From: Clostridiales bacterium
GTDB lineage: Bacteria > Bacillota > Clostridia > Oscillospirales > CAG-272
Length of the DNA: 64,000 bases
Direction of reading: 5' to 3'
NCBI GenBank assembly: GCA_012800735.1
Contig: JAAZIU010000028.1
Location: 3,245 to 67,244, forward strand
Below the pieces are notes generated by a model. The model saw only the letters and a program-made list of their open reading frames with translations, was not told the origin of the DNA and searched no databases. Each line of letters begins with the position of its first letter. Position 1 is the first letter of the stretch. This document shows, piece after piece, positions 19,004 through 27,680 of this stretch. The translations under genes were made by a program, and so were the position numbers.

Positions 19004-20482
19004 ATGGATAAAAAGCTATTTATCTTTCGATTGACGGCGCTGCTCCTTGCGGCGGCGCTCAGCCTTGCGCTGATTTCCTGCGGAGGCGACAAGACTTCTC
19101 CCGGGGGCGAATCGGATTCGGGCGCGACGGAGGCTGTCGCCGAAACGACGGATCCTTACAGCGACGATTTGCCGGAGGGGCTTGATTTCGACGGGACGGA
19201 GATCCGTTTTCTGTCTGCCGTCGAAAAAACCTGCATCGCGATAGGCGAGGACGACGATTTGGGCGATATCGTCAACGCCGCTCTCTGGCAGCGCAATTTA
19301 GACCTTGAAAACCGGCTGAATGTAAAGATAGTGCTTGTCCGCACCACCGGCTTCGGCGATTTCAACAAAGCCGCCACCGAGTCCATCGCCGCAGGTTCCG
19401 ACGACTACGAAGTTCTCTGCGGACACACAAGGTTCAACATCAGCCTCGCCGCCGAGAAAATGCTGCTCAACCTGAACGACGTCGAATATCTCGACTTCAC
19501 AAAACCCTACTGGAGCGAGCTTTACACATCGAACGTAAACTACAAGGACAACTACTACTGGGCGGCCGGAGATATAACCACCAGCTTCATCCGATATATC
19601 TACGCGGTGTTTGTCAACTCCCGCACCTGGCAGAATTATCACTCCGGAATCGACCTTTACGCGGAAGTCGAGGCGGGCAGATGGACGCTTGACAAGCTCT
19701 CCGAATACGCCTCCGGCGCGTACGCCGACCTTAACGGCAACGGCGAAGCCGACGACGAGGACGCCTGGGGAATTGTCATGCAGAAAGGCCACGTGCTGAA
19801 CGGCATGGCTTTCGCCACCGGTACGAAGTATACGTCGAAGGACGAAAACGGCGACTATGTCATCGCCCTCAACAACGAGCACACAATCGACGTCTTCATG
19901 AAGCTGCACAGTCTTTTCTATGAGACCGATTACGCAAAGATGCTTCTGAACGAAGAATTCGACGAGAAGTCGAAAAATATGTTCGTCGAGGGGCGGCTGC
20001 TGTTCGAGCCTCATACCTTCGGATTTGCCGACAACACGGCCGTCCGCGGCATGGAGGACGATTTCTTCATCATCCCGATGCCGAAATACGACGAAAGCCA
20101 GGAAAAATACCGGGTCAATCAGTATGACGGAGTTCCGCTGTTCGGAATCCCGGTAACTGTGCCGGAGGAGCGGGCGGATATCGTCGGCGCGTCGCTTGAG
20201 GCGATGTGCTCTATGAGCTCGGATACGGTTATTCCGGTCTATTACGACCTCGCGCTGAAAAACAAATACAGCCGCGACGAGACGACCGCCCGCATGATCG
20301 ACCTTATCCACGAAAGCATAACGGCCGACTTCGCCTTCGCCTGGGGCGATACCATCGGCGGGATAATGAACATCTTCTACGACAACATACAGAATAAAGA
20401 TATTTCCAGCACGCTCAGCCGTCAGGAAAAAAGATGGACAAAAAATCTCGAAAAATTAATGGAAAAACTCTCTGACGAATAA
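19004..20482 (+). CDS. Lipoprotein, family-1 solute-binding-protein-like (paralog 6 of 10)
   Basis: ATG 19004 follows a GGGGAGGAA RBS. Lipobox ALISCGGD; TKPYWSEL, DLNGNGEADDEDAWG, FFIIPMPKYDESQ. Confidence 0.8.
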   Translation: MDKKLFIFRLTALLLAAALSLALISCGGDKTSPGGESDSGATEAVAETTDPYSDDLPEGLDFDGTEIRFLSAVEKTCIAIGEDDDLGDIVNAALWQRNLDLENRLNVKIVLVRTTGFGDFNKAATESIAAGSDDYEVLCGHTRFNISLAAEKMLLNLNDVEYLDFTKPYWSELYTSNVNYKDNYYWAAGDITTSFIRYIYAVFVNSRTWQNYHSGIDLYAEVEAGRWTLDKLSEYASGAYADLNGNGEADDEDAWGIVMQKGHVLNGMAFATGTKYTSKDENGDYVIALNNEHTIDVFMKLHSLFYETDYAKMLLNEEFDEKSKNMFVEGRLLFEPHTFGFADNTAVRGMEDDFFIIPMPKYDESQEKYRVNQYDGVPLFGIPVTVPEERADIVGASLEAMCSMSSDTVIPVYYDLALKNKYSRDETTARMIDLIHESITADFAFAWGDTIGGIMNIFYDNIQNKDISSTLSRQEKRWTKNLEKLMEKLSDE

Positions 20483-20552
20483 CCGCGCAGCCTACGGGTG
20501 TTGCCCTTGGTGAAATATCTCCGCTTTAAGATCAAATTTTATTCGATATTCT

Positions 20553-20586
20553 GCAATGCAGCTTCTTTTGGAGCTGCATTTTTTCT
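20553..20586 (+). terminator. Rho-independent terminator between convergent genes
   Basis: atgcagct-tcttttgg-agctgcat followed by tttttc. Confidence 0.7.
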
Positions 20587-20591
20587 TAAAA

Positions 20592-22229
20592 TCAACCGAT
20601 CGCCCTTATCAGCCCGCTTATCCCTTCGGATTTGAAAATTTCTTTGAAGTCGGATATTTCGTCTTCGATAATTTTATCAAGCGCCGCCATGCCCAGCAGC
20701 TCAACCGGCGCTTTGTCGTCTGTTAAGATACGGCCGCCCGGTATATATCTTTCAAGGCGGAGATATATTTGACGCATGTGGGAGGTGAGGGCGGGATCGG
20801 CGCAGGCGGTGATGTTTTTTGCAAAGATGTCGAGCAGCTGATCGGCGTCTCGCGTTGACGCGAAAATTTCGCGGTTGGTTGAACCGTATACGTCGCCGGA
20901 GAAGACCGAGCTGAAAACCGAGGCGGCGGTGTCGCAGAGGTAGCCGTTTATTCCGTCTTCTCCGCTTCGCATGTTCATGTTCATTACCATTACCCCGCCG
21001 GGGGAAAGCGAGTCGCGCAGCTTTGTGAAAAACTCGACGCTTGACATTGAAAAGGGGATGGTGATGTCCTGATAGGCGTCTACCATTATGACGTCGTATT
21101 TCTTGGTGTTTGCGTTGATAAAGGCGCGGCCGTCGCCGGTATAAACTTTGATTTGCGGGTCGGAGAGGTCGAGACCGAAATATTCGTCGGCGAGGGCGGT
21201 AATCTTTTCGTCTATCTCGACGCCGTCGACATGGCTGCCGGGGAAATACCTCCTCAGCTGGTTCATATAAGTGCCGGTGCCGTTGCCTAATATTAGAACC
21301 CTTGGGCTGTCGCCGGCCTCTGTCATCATCGGCGCGGCGAGGGCGTCGTCGTAATAAAAGCCGGTGAGAACGCCCTGTTTCATCCGGATAGATTGGACGC
21401 CGACGAGTACGTTGGTCGAGAGGACGACTCTTGTGTCGTCTTCCTTTACCTGAAGGTAATTATAGACCGATTCGCCTTCGTAGGCAAGTCCCTTCTCCCA
21501 GAACGCAAATGAGCCGCCGTGTCCGAGGACGCAGAATACCGCGAAAAGCAGGCAGGATATGATAAGTCCGACAAGCCCCCGGCGTTTTCCGCCGACGGCT
21601 TCGCCGATGAAGTAGACTGCCGCGACGGCGAGCAGCACTCCGCCGAAGATGAGGAAGGTGACAGCCGTTCCCGCCGCCGGAATTGTGACGAATGTCGGCA
21701 GGAAGGTGCCGATGATTGAGCCTATCGTGTTCGCCGCGCCTAATTTGCCGACGACGGAGCCGGAGTCTTCGGTGCTTTTAATGATATAGCGGCAGAGGGA
21801 GGGGGTTGTCGTTCCGAGCAGAAAAAGCGGGAAGACGAACAGCGCGATGCAGGAAGCCAGCGCCGCCCAGACAAGATAATTGCCGCTGACGGCGAAGATG
21901 ACAAGCCCGGAGATGCCTATTATAACATACTTTCCGACAGACGGAATAGCCGCTATCCATATCGCGGCCACAAGAAATCGCCGAAACAGCCGGTCGGGGT
22001 TCGGGTCGCGGTCGGCTGTCCGCCCACCCCAAACGTTGCCCAGCGCCATCGCGATCATAATAGTGCCGATGACAATCGTCCAGACAATCTGCGAGGAGGA
22101 AAAATACGGCGCGAGCAGCCGGTTCGCTCCGATCTCGACTGCCATAAGCGACATTCCGGCGAAAAATCCGGCTGCGTACAAAAAGAATCGGCTGTTGAGG
22201 GCAGACGCAGGTTTTGTTGTAGGTGTCAT
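20592..22229 (-). CDS. Fused membrane domain / spermidine-synthase-like aminopropyltransferase
   Basis: 545 aa with about 8 N-terminal TM helices, then VLILGNGTGTYMNQL.., VDGVEIDEKI, YDVIMVDAYQD (class I SAM/dcSAM fold of the spermidine synthase family). Confidence 0.7.
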   Translation of the reverse strand: MTPTTKPASALNSRFFLYAAGFFAGMSLMAVEIGANRLLAPYFSSSQIVWTIVIGTIMIAMALGNVWGGRTADRDPNPDRLFRRFLVAAIWIAAIPSVGKYVIIGISGLVIFAVSGNYLVWAALASCIALFVFPLFLLGTTTPSLCRYIIKSTEDSGSVVGKLGAANTIGSIIGTFLPTFVTIPAAGTAVTFLIFGGVLLAVAAVYFIGEAVGGKRRGLVGLIISCLLFAVFCVLGHGGSFAFWEKGLAYEGESVYNYLQVKEDDTRVVLSTNVLVGVQSIRMKQGVLTGFYYDDALAAPMMTEAGDSPRVLILGNGTGTYMNQLRRYFPGSHVDGVEIDEKITALADEYFGLDLSDPQIKVYTGDGRAFINANTKKYDVIMVDAYQDITIPFSMSSVEFFTKLRDSLSPGGVMVMNMNMRSGEDGINGYLCDTAASVFSSVFSGDVYGSTNREIFASTRDADQLLDIFAKNITACADPALTSHMRQIYLRLERYIPGGRILTDDKAPVELLGMAALDKIIEDEISDFKEIFKSEGISGLIRAIG

Positions 22230-22238
22230 TTTGGTTTT

Positions 22239-22544
22239 TTACCGTTTATATGAAACGAAACTTATTTTAATGGGCTTCTCTTGGAACGGCGACGTTTCAC
22301 CGAAGGTGAAACTCGCAGCGGACGCGAAGCGTCCGCAGACGCCCCAGACGTTGCCCAGCGCCATCGCTATCATTATCGTGCCGATGACAATCGTCCAGAC
22401 TATCTGCGAGGAGGAAAAATACGGCGCGAGCAGCCGGTTCGCTCCGATCTCGACCGCCATAAGCGACATTCCGGCGAAAAATCCGGCTGCGTACAAGAAG
22501 AATCGGCTGTTGAGGGCGGACGCAGGTTTTGTTGTAGGTGTCAT
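22239..22544 (-). pseudogene. Duplicated 5' fragment (leader plus first 68 codons) of the spermidine-synthase-like gene, reading through into a repeat element
   Basis: The first 68 aa are identical to CDS 20592-22229. The leader ttttaccgtttatatgaaacgaaactt is also duplicated (22241-22272 and 22556-22587). Confidence 0.8.
22276..22340 (-). repeat. Hairpin-train repeat unit at the duplication junction
   Basis: The plus strand reads ttggaacggcgacgtttcaccgaaggtgaaactcgc (core 22289-22316) followed by palindrome gcggacgc-gaa-gcgtccgc. Confidence 0.75.
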
Positions 22545-22622
22545 TTTGGTTTTTTACCGTTTATATGAAACGAAACTTGTTGTAAAGGGATTTTGCAGGA
22601 ATTGGATTTAACGGCGGAGCCG

Positions 22623-23576
22623 TTAAATCCACCTTTCATTATAGAACAAATACTGCTGGGCGACGCCGCGGAACCGGCCGAGGGCGTCGATGTCAAGCCC
22701 GTCGGGGTAGCGCAGGGCGAGGACTTTTTTCATCCAGACGTCGACCGGGAAGGCGTCCAGATGGTGCAGTCCGAACAGCGAGACGCATCCGGCGACTTTG
22801 GGTCCGACGCCGCGGAGCTGCTGCAGTCGTTCCCGCGCTTCCTCTCCGTCCGCGGCGGCGAGGGCGGCAAGGTCGAGTGAGCCTTCGGCGACAGCCTCCG
22901 CCGCTCCGACGATGTATTTTGCGCGGAAGCCGGTTTTGAGGGCGCGGATTCCTTCTTCTCCGGCGGCGGCGATGGCCTCCGGCGTCGGAAAAGCGTATCT
23001 TGTCTGCGCCTCATCGCCGGAAATGTTTCGGTCAACCTTAATCGGCTCGCCGTAGGCGGCGCAGAGGGCGGCTATCGTCTTTTTTATCCGCGGGATGTTG
23101 TTATTCTGGCTGATTATGAAGGAAATCAGCGTCTCGAACGGGTCGGCGCGGAGGATTCGGATGCCGCAGCCGCGCTCGACGGCCTGGCGGATGGTTTTGT
23201 CTTCGCGGCGGCAGGCTTCGTCGAAGCGGGAGATTATCTCGGTCTTTATCGCCGAATAGTCGGTCTGAAGGTCGAAGTAATCCGCCCAGACGGTTTTGAA
23301 TTCTTCCTCGGTCACCCCTTCGGCGAGAAGTACGGCGCCGTTTTCGTCCGGGGGGAGGTCGGTGAACGCGGCGAAACGCCCGAACGCGACGCCGCTGAAT
23401 TTTGTCGCGCCGCGAAGCGACGCCCGGTCGCCGGAGCCCTCCTCGCCGCCGTCGAAGCGGAAGCACTGCCCGCAGTCGAATATCTGCGCTGCGGAAAAAT
23501 CCCGGAGTCCGGAGACGATGAGTCCTTTGTCGGTTGTGGTGAGGGCGCAGGCGGTTTTTTGTGAATTATTTTGCAT
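22623..23576 (-). CDS. ogg: 8-oxoguanine DNA glycosylase (OGG1-type, HhH-GPD)
   Basis: From ATG 23576 (MQNNSQKT..). HhH with catalytic Lys LRGVGPKVAGCVSLFGL, followed by FPVDVW (Asp). The Arg-rich upstream extension in ORF 22623-24044 is rejected. Confidence 0.8.
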   Translation of the reverse strand: MQNNSQKTACALTTTDKGLIVSGLRDFSAAQIFDCGQCFRFDGGEEGSGDRASLRGATKFSGVAFGRFAAFTDLPPDENGAVLLAEGVTEEEFKTVWADYFDLQTDYSAIKTEIISRFDEACRREDKTIRQAVERGCGIRILRADPFETLISFIISQNNNIPRIKKTIAALCAAYGEPIKVDRNISGDEAQTRYAFPTPEAIAAAGEEGIRALKTGFRAKYIVGAAEAVAEGSLDLAALAAADGEEARERLQQLRGVGPKVAGCVSLFGLHHLDAFPVDVWMKKVLALRYPDGLDIDALGRFRGVAQQYLFYNERWI

Positions 23577-23632
23577 ATATTGTTTTATTCGGGTGGTTTT
23601 TGTGATATAATGTGATTGCGGAGCGCTGCGGC

Positions 23633-24190
23633 TTATTCCCGGCGCAGATATTTCTGCATATGGAATTCGCTTCTGTATCTTCCGTCTTTGAGCTTGAAAG
23701 CGTTCGGCTTTTCGCAGACGACTTTGAATCCGAATTTTTCGTAGAGACGCTTTGCGCGGTCGTTGCCCTCGACGAATTCGAGTTCGATGATTTCGGCGCC
23801 TCTTTCTTCCGCCGCTGCGATGAGTTCCGTCATCATGGCAGAGCCTATCCCCAGATTCCAATAGTCTTTGAGAATAGCCATGCCGATTGATGCGCGGTGA
23901 GACGTTTTTATCCCGCTTTTGAATCCTATCTCGCAGTTTCCGGCGATTTCGTTTTCGACACAGCAGGTTATCGCCACGGCGTTCGGGGATGTGCGCAGGC
24001 TGTTCACCCACGCCTCTTCCTGCTCGACGGTGGTGTTGTCCCATTCTTCGGGGTAGCGCGCCAGAAAATCGGTTTCGCCGCAGGCTTTCTTTATATAGTT
24101 CAGCAGCTTTTCCGCGTCTTCGGCGCTGGGGCTTTTGAGGACGGCCGCGCGGCCGTCTTTGAGGGAGATTTGTTTTTCTTCGAATATCAT
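23633..24190 (-). CDS. GNAT-family N-acetyltransferase
   Basis: From ATG 24190 (MIFEEKQISL..). The motif A region WNLGIGSAMM and ..AKRLYEKFGF.. are typical GNAT. Confidence 0.8.
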   Translation of the reverse strand: MIFEEKQISLKDGRAAVLKSPSAEDAEKLLNYIKKACGETDFLARYPEEWDNTTVEQEEAWVNSLRTSPNAVAITCCVENEIAGNCEIGFKSGIKTSHRASIGMAILKDYWNLGIGSAMMTELIAAAEERGAEIIELEFVEGNDRAKRLYEKFGFKVVCEKPNAFKLKDGRYRSEFHMQKYLRRE

Positions 24191-24340
24191 GGCGGGGTGT
24201 CCTTTTTTGGGTGGTTTGGTATTGATTGGAGGCGGTTTTATGAAATAGTTGTTACGGGATAATATAGGCAAAGACTGTATTCCGAACGGGGATACGGGGA
24301 AAATATTTGAGTTTGTTATGTGAAAAACGGAGGTAAACAA

Positions 24341-25039
24341 ATGGTTAATTACTTGGGGAATTTTGATTTCGAAAAACTTATCACCCAGCATCAAAATATT
24401 AAAAGAAAGCTAAAAAGGTTAAAGAAGAACGGAAACTATAGCGATAAGTGTTGTCCCGATCAACTTGTAGGAAAAATGGTGGATGGGGATTTTATTGAGG
24501 TTTGTCGTCAAAATATTGACTACCAAACCATGAGCGGAAAAAATTATGTAAACAACAAATTGTCTAGTCCGATTGCAATTGTTTTGGAAAGTCCACACAG
24601 GGATGAATTTGATGCCAATGGTTATCCGATTGGTCCGGCTATGGGGTCAACAGGAACATTGTTTTTCAAAAATTTCGTTAAAGCGATTAATAAATCAAAT
24701 AATATAAATTTAAAATCAGGTACATATGATATTGTTTTAATTAATTCAATTCAATATCAGTGCAGTTTGGGGGAAAATCTTGACAAAAATGATGATAACC
24801 AAAAACAACGTGATATAAACTGGATACTTTGCTTTATTCACGAAGATTCATGCGATATAGAAAGAAGACTTAAGGCACTGAGTCCTTTTGCAACAATTAA
24901 TTTGTGTACCAAGGGTAAAGGCTCCGGTTTGAGTAATTTGCGTCAATTATTAGAGAGAAAAATCGGCAGTATGATAAACTACACATCGGGCAATCATCCT
25001 TCGTCTTGGCGGAATCAAAGGAATACTGTTATAAACTAA
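24341..25039 (+). CDS. Hypothetical protein with uracil-DNA-glycosylase-superfamily-like motif order (divergent)
   Basis: ATG 24341 lies 7 nt after GGAGG. AIVLESPHRDEF..GYPIGPAMGSTGTLF aligns by eye to UDG motif 1 (GExPG..PF.G.AG.LL); LINSIQYQCS to N..kC; GNHPSSW to the HPS motif 2. Strongly AT-rich relative to the flanks. Confidence 0.45.
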   Translation: MVNYLGNFDFEKLITQHQNIKRKLKRLKKNGNYSDKCCPDQLVGKMVDGDFIEVCRQNIDYQTMSGKNYVNNKLSSPIAIVLESPHRDEFDANGYPIGPAMGSTGTLFFKNFVKAINKSNNINLKSGTYDIVLINSIQYQCSLGENLDKNDDNQKQRDINWILCFIHEDSCDIERRLKALSPFATINLCTKGKGSGLSNLRQLLERKIGSMINYTSGNHPSSWRNQRNTVIN

Positions 25040-25335
25040 TATCAAGTTATTGTTTTCCAATACTATAACTTATGTGTTTATACATATCATATGAATTAAA
25101 TACCATATGTTTTTCTATTATTTACCTAAATTTCCAACAACTAAAACACCTCAAGACTACCGTATCCAGAATCAACAGTTTCGGTTTTTCCCGACTTTCA
25201 TCGGACTCGAATACCTATTCGTCACCCCGCACCCTTTAAAATAAAGCCAAAACCCGAAAGGGCAATCCGCCAACGCCGCCTGACCGCTTTAAAACACAAA
25301 ACAAGCGGCGTTATAAATACTATATATTCCCGCCC

Positions 25336-26019
25336 TCACTCCTCATGCAGATTCCCGCACAGGAACTTTACCACCCGTTCCGGCGAGTCCTTCGCGGTGC
25401 CCCAGGGCTCGTCGTCGTAGCGGTAGTCGAATTTCTTGCAGAACCAGCTTATGTCCGCCGAAAGGCTTTCGAAATAGGGGCGGAATACTGCGTCGACGTC
25501 GGTTTTGAAGTCGGCGAAGTTCCGGCGCCGGCCGACGATGTATTTCCCGGCGGCGAGATAGCCGCGGTAGTGCGGCAGGCAGATCATCTTCTGCGCCGCC
25601 AGCTTCTTTTTGAACGCCGGGTCGCGCGTCCAGAGGATTGCCGCCGTTTCCAGCATCCGCGGGAATTTTTCGTCTATCCGGGCGCAGATGTAGCAGGATT
25701 TTTCGAGCTTCGGCAGGTCCTTTTCGACGAAGGAGCCGCGGCGGGATTTGTCGTCGATTTCCTTTAAGTGGCTCTCCATCATCAGCGCGAAGGGCAGGCG
25801 GTTGCGCCGCGCGAGCATCAGCTCGTAGTGCTTCGGGCAGAAGCCGAGGTCGTTTACCCGTATCCGCACGTCGGATTCCATCATCGACGCGCCTAAAATA
25901 TAGCCGAGTTCGTTTTCCTCAAGCTCCCTGTACAGCTTGCAGAAAGGGCAGGCGATTTCTTCGGATTCGGCGCACGCCTCAAACGCCATATTTACCGGGA
26001 TTGTGTATAATGTTTCCAT
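25336..26019 (-). CDS. Cys-rich hypothetical protein (DUF6062-like by recollection)
   Basis: 227 aa: YTIPVNMAFE..CPFCKLYRELE..LGASMMESDVRIRVNDLGFCPKHY..CYIC..CLPHY. Confidence 0.5.
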   Translation of the reverse strand: METLYTIPVNMAFEACAESEEIACPFCKLYRELEENELGYILGASMMESDVRIRVNDLGFCPKHYELMLARRNRLPFALMMESHLKEIDDKSRRGSFVEKDLPKLEKSCYICARIDEKFPRMLETAAILWTRDPAFKKKLAAQKMICLPHYRGYLAAGKYIVGRRRNFADFKTDVDAVFRPYFESLSADISWFCKKFDYRYDDEPWGTAKDSPERVVKFLCGNLHEE

Positions 26020-26297
26020 GCTGTCCTCTCTTTATTTATGTTTATTACCAAAGATTATAGCACAAAAATTCTTTGAATTCAATATATAATTATGTAGAGA
26101 GTGACAATGATTATAGACGCGGAGGTTGTTTTTGCGGGATTTATGCCGGTTTTTTAAAAAGTCGAGGGGAAATCTCCCCCCGCGCGAAAATTGCCGGAGC
26201 ATATCCGGATTTTTCGTTAAAATGCGGCAACGAAACAATATTTACAAAATTACCGGCGCGGCGGACGTAAAAGCCCGGATTTTGCGTCCCGGAATTC

Positions 26298-26326
26298 TTG
26301 ACAACGCATATCGTTTGTGATATAAT
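26298..26326 (+). promoter_or_regulatory. Consensus sigma-70/sigA promoter for the sugar operon
   Basis: TTGACA (26298-26303), exactly 17 nt, then TATAAT (26321-26326), 32 nt upstream of the ATG at 26359. Confidence 0.7.
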
Positions 26327-26358
26327 TCGATTGATAAAATACACCGGAGGTACACGCA

Positions 26359-27066
26359 ATGCTGCCGAAAATTCGCGCCCCCTTTTTTGAAATCGGACTG
26401 AAAAACTACGTCTGGGGCGACGTCGCCCTGAAATACGCTGTTGCCGCCGACCGCGCGGCCGAAAAATACGACATCGACGTCCTGATAACCGCCCCGGCGG
26501 TCGAGATACGGCGGATTGCCGAACACTGCCCAAGGCTTGTCATCCTCGCGCCGTATATGGACACGCTGCGTCCCGGCCGGGGGATGGCGGACATCCTGCC
26601 GGAAGGGATTTACGCCGCGGGAGCGCGCGGGGTCGTCGTCAACCACTGCGAAAAGCCGATGAGCCTGCCCGCGATTAAGGCGACGATCGACCGGGCGCAC
26701 GAGCTTTCGATGCTGGTATTTGCCTGCGCCGACACTCCCGCCGAGGCGATGGCGGTAGCGCAGTTAGGTCCGGATATCATAAACCCCGAACCTTCCGCCC
26801 TTATCGGAGGCGGGACCGGCGAAGTTTCCGACATGGGCTATGTCCGCGAGTGCATTGAGTCGATAAAGAGCATTAACCCGGATATTTTAGTCGAGCAGGC
26901 CGCCGGGATAACCAACGGGCAGCAGGTTTACGACTTCATCATGGCGGGTTCGGAGGGGGCGGGCGCCGCGTCCGGCATATGCAATGCCGCCGATCCTACC
27001 GCGATGATAGACGAGATGATAGCCGCCGTAAGGCGCGCGGCGGACGACCTTGCCCGAAATAAGTAA
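26359..27066 (+). CDS. Triosephosphate-isomerase-family protein (archaeal-type TIM-like)
   Basis: 235 aa. EIGLKNY (Lys), VVNHCE (His), NPEPSALIGGG (Glu), AAGI and ASG loops line up with short archaeal TIMs. Confidence 0.65.
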   Translation: MLPKIRAPFFEIGLKNYVWGDVALKYAVAADRAAEKYDIDVLITAPAVEIRRIAEHCPRLVILAPYMDTLRPGRGMADILPEGIYAAGARGVVVNHCEKPMSLPAIKATIDRAHELSMLVFACADTPAEAMAVAQLGPDIINPEPSALIGGGTGEVSDMGYVRECIESIKSINPDILVEQAAGITNGQQVYDFIMAGSEGAGAASGICNAADPTAMIDEMIAAVRRAADDLARNK

Positions 27067-27102
27067 AATCAAACCGACAAATACATTAAAAAGAGGTGCA
27101 TC

Positions 27103-27594
27103 ATGGTATATCGCGAAGCTGTCGAGCTTATGTCAAACAACGGCGTTGTCACTTTTCATAATGTGACCGCCGACGTGAAGCGGATTGTTGAGAAATCCGG
27201 GATAAAAAACGGGCTTGTCTCCGTCTATTCCCATCACACGACCTGCGCCGTCATCACTCAGGAAGCGGCGTTCGATATGTCGATAACCGGGCTTGAGACG
27301 CTGCAGCAGGATTTTGTCGAGGTGCTGGAAAACGCGGTTCCGACCCAGACCCGCGAGGGAATTTACCTGCATCCGGGACCGAAGGCGCTCAAATTCGCCG
27401 AGGAGCACGACGAGGACGCCCGCGGCTGCCACAACACCGACGCCCATCTCCGCTCGGCGCTGATAGGCCGCTCGGAGACGATTCCGATTATTGACGGCGA
27501 GGTTGATTTAGGCTCTTTCGGGTTCATTTATTTCATCGACTTCGACACCACCCGCGCCAGAAAAAGAGTCGCGCAGGTGACGGTCATCGGCTGA
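27103..27594 (+). CDS. YjbQ/UPF0047 family protein (secondary thiamine-phosphate synthase-like)
   Basis: 163 aa: SHHTTCAVITQE, HLRSALIGRSETIPI, LGSFGFIYFIDFD. Confidence 0.75.
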   Translation: MVYREAVELMSNNGVVTFHNVTADVKRIVEKSGIKNGLVSVYSHHTTCAVITQEAAFDMSITGLETLQQDFVEVLENAVPTQTREGIYLHPGPKALKFAEEHDEDARGCHNTDAHLRSALIGRSETIPIIDGEVDLGSFGFIYFIDFDTTRARKRVAQVTVIG

Positions 27595-27680
27595 TTTTCG
27601 GTTTGCGCCGATCCGAAATATATAAATATTCAAATATAAAAAATTCTTATAAAAAACATATAAAACAAGAGGTAATAAAG

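Noticed and set aside
19298-20311. Long antisense ORFs inside real genes (this one, plus 31449-32675, 21880-22611, 39391-40110, 43239-44060, 44047-44916, 50507-51139, 51239-52189, 55513-56130, 10820-11500, 29971-30711)
   Set aside because: These are typical shadow ORFs of high-GC coding DNA. They are Arg/Gly/Val/Asp-rich with low-complexity translations, and each fully overlaps a gene with strong family motifs on the other strand.
22623-24044. 473-aa version of the glycosylase ORF
   Set aside because: The first ~155 aa are Arg-rich nonsense that overlaps the GNAT gene. The conserved OGG fold begins at ATG 23576.
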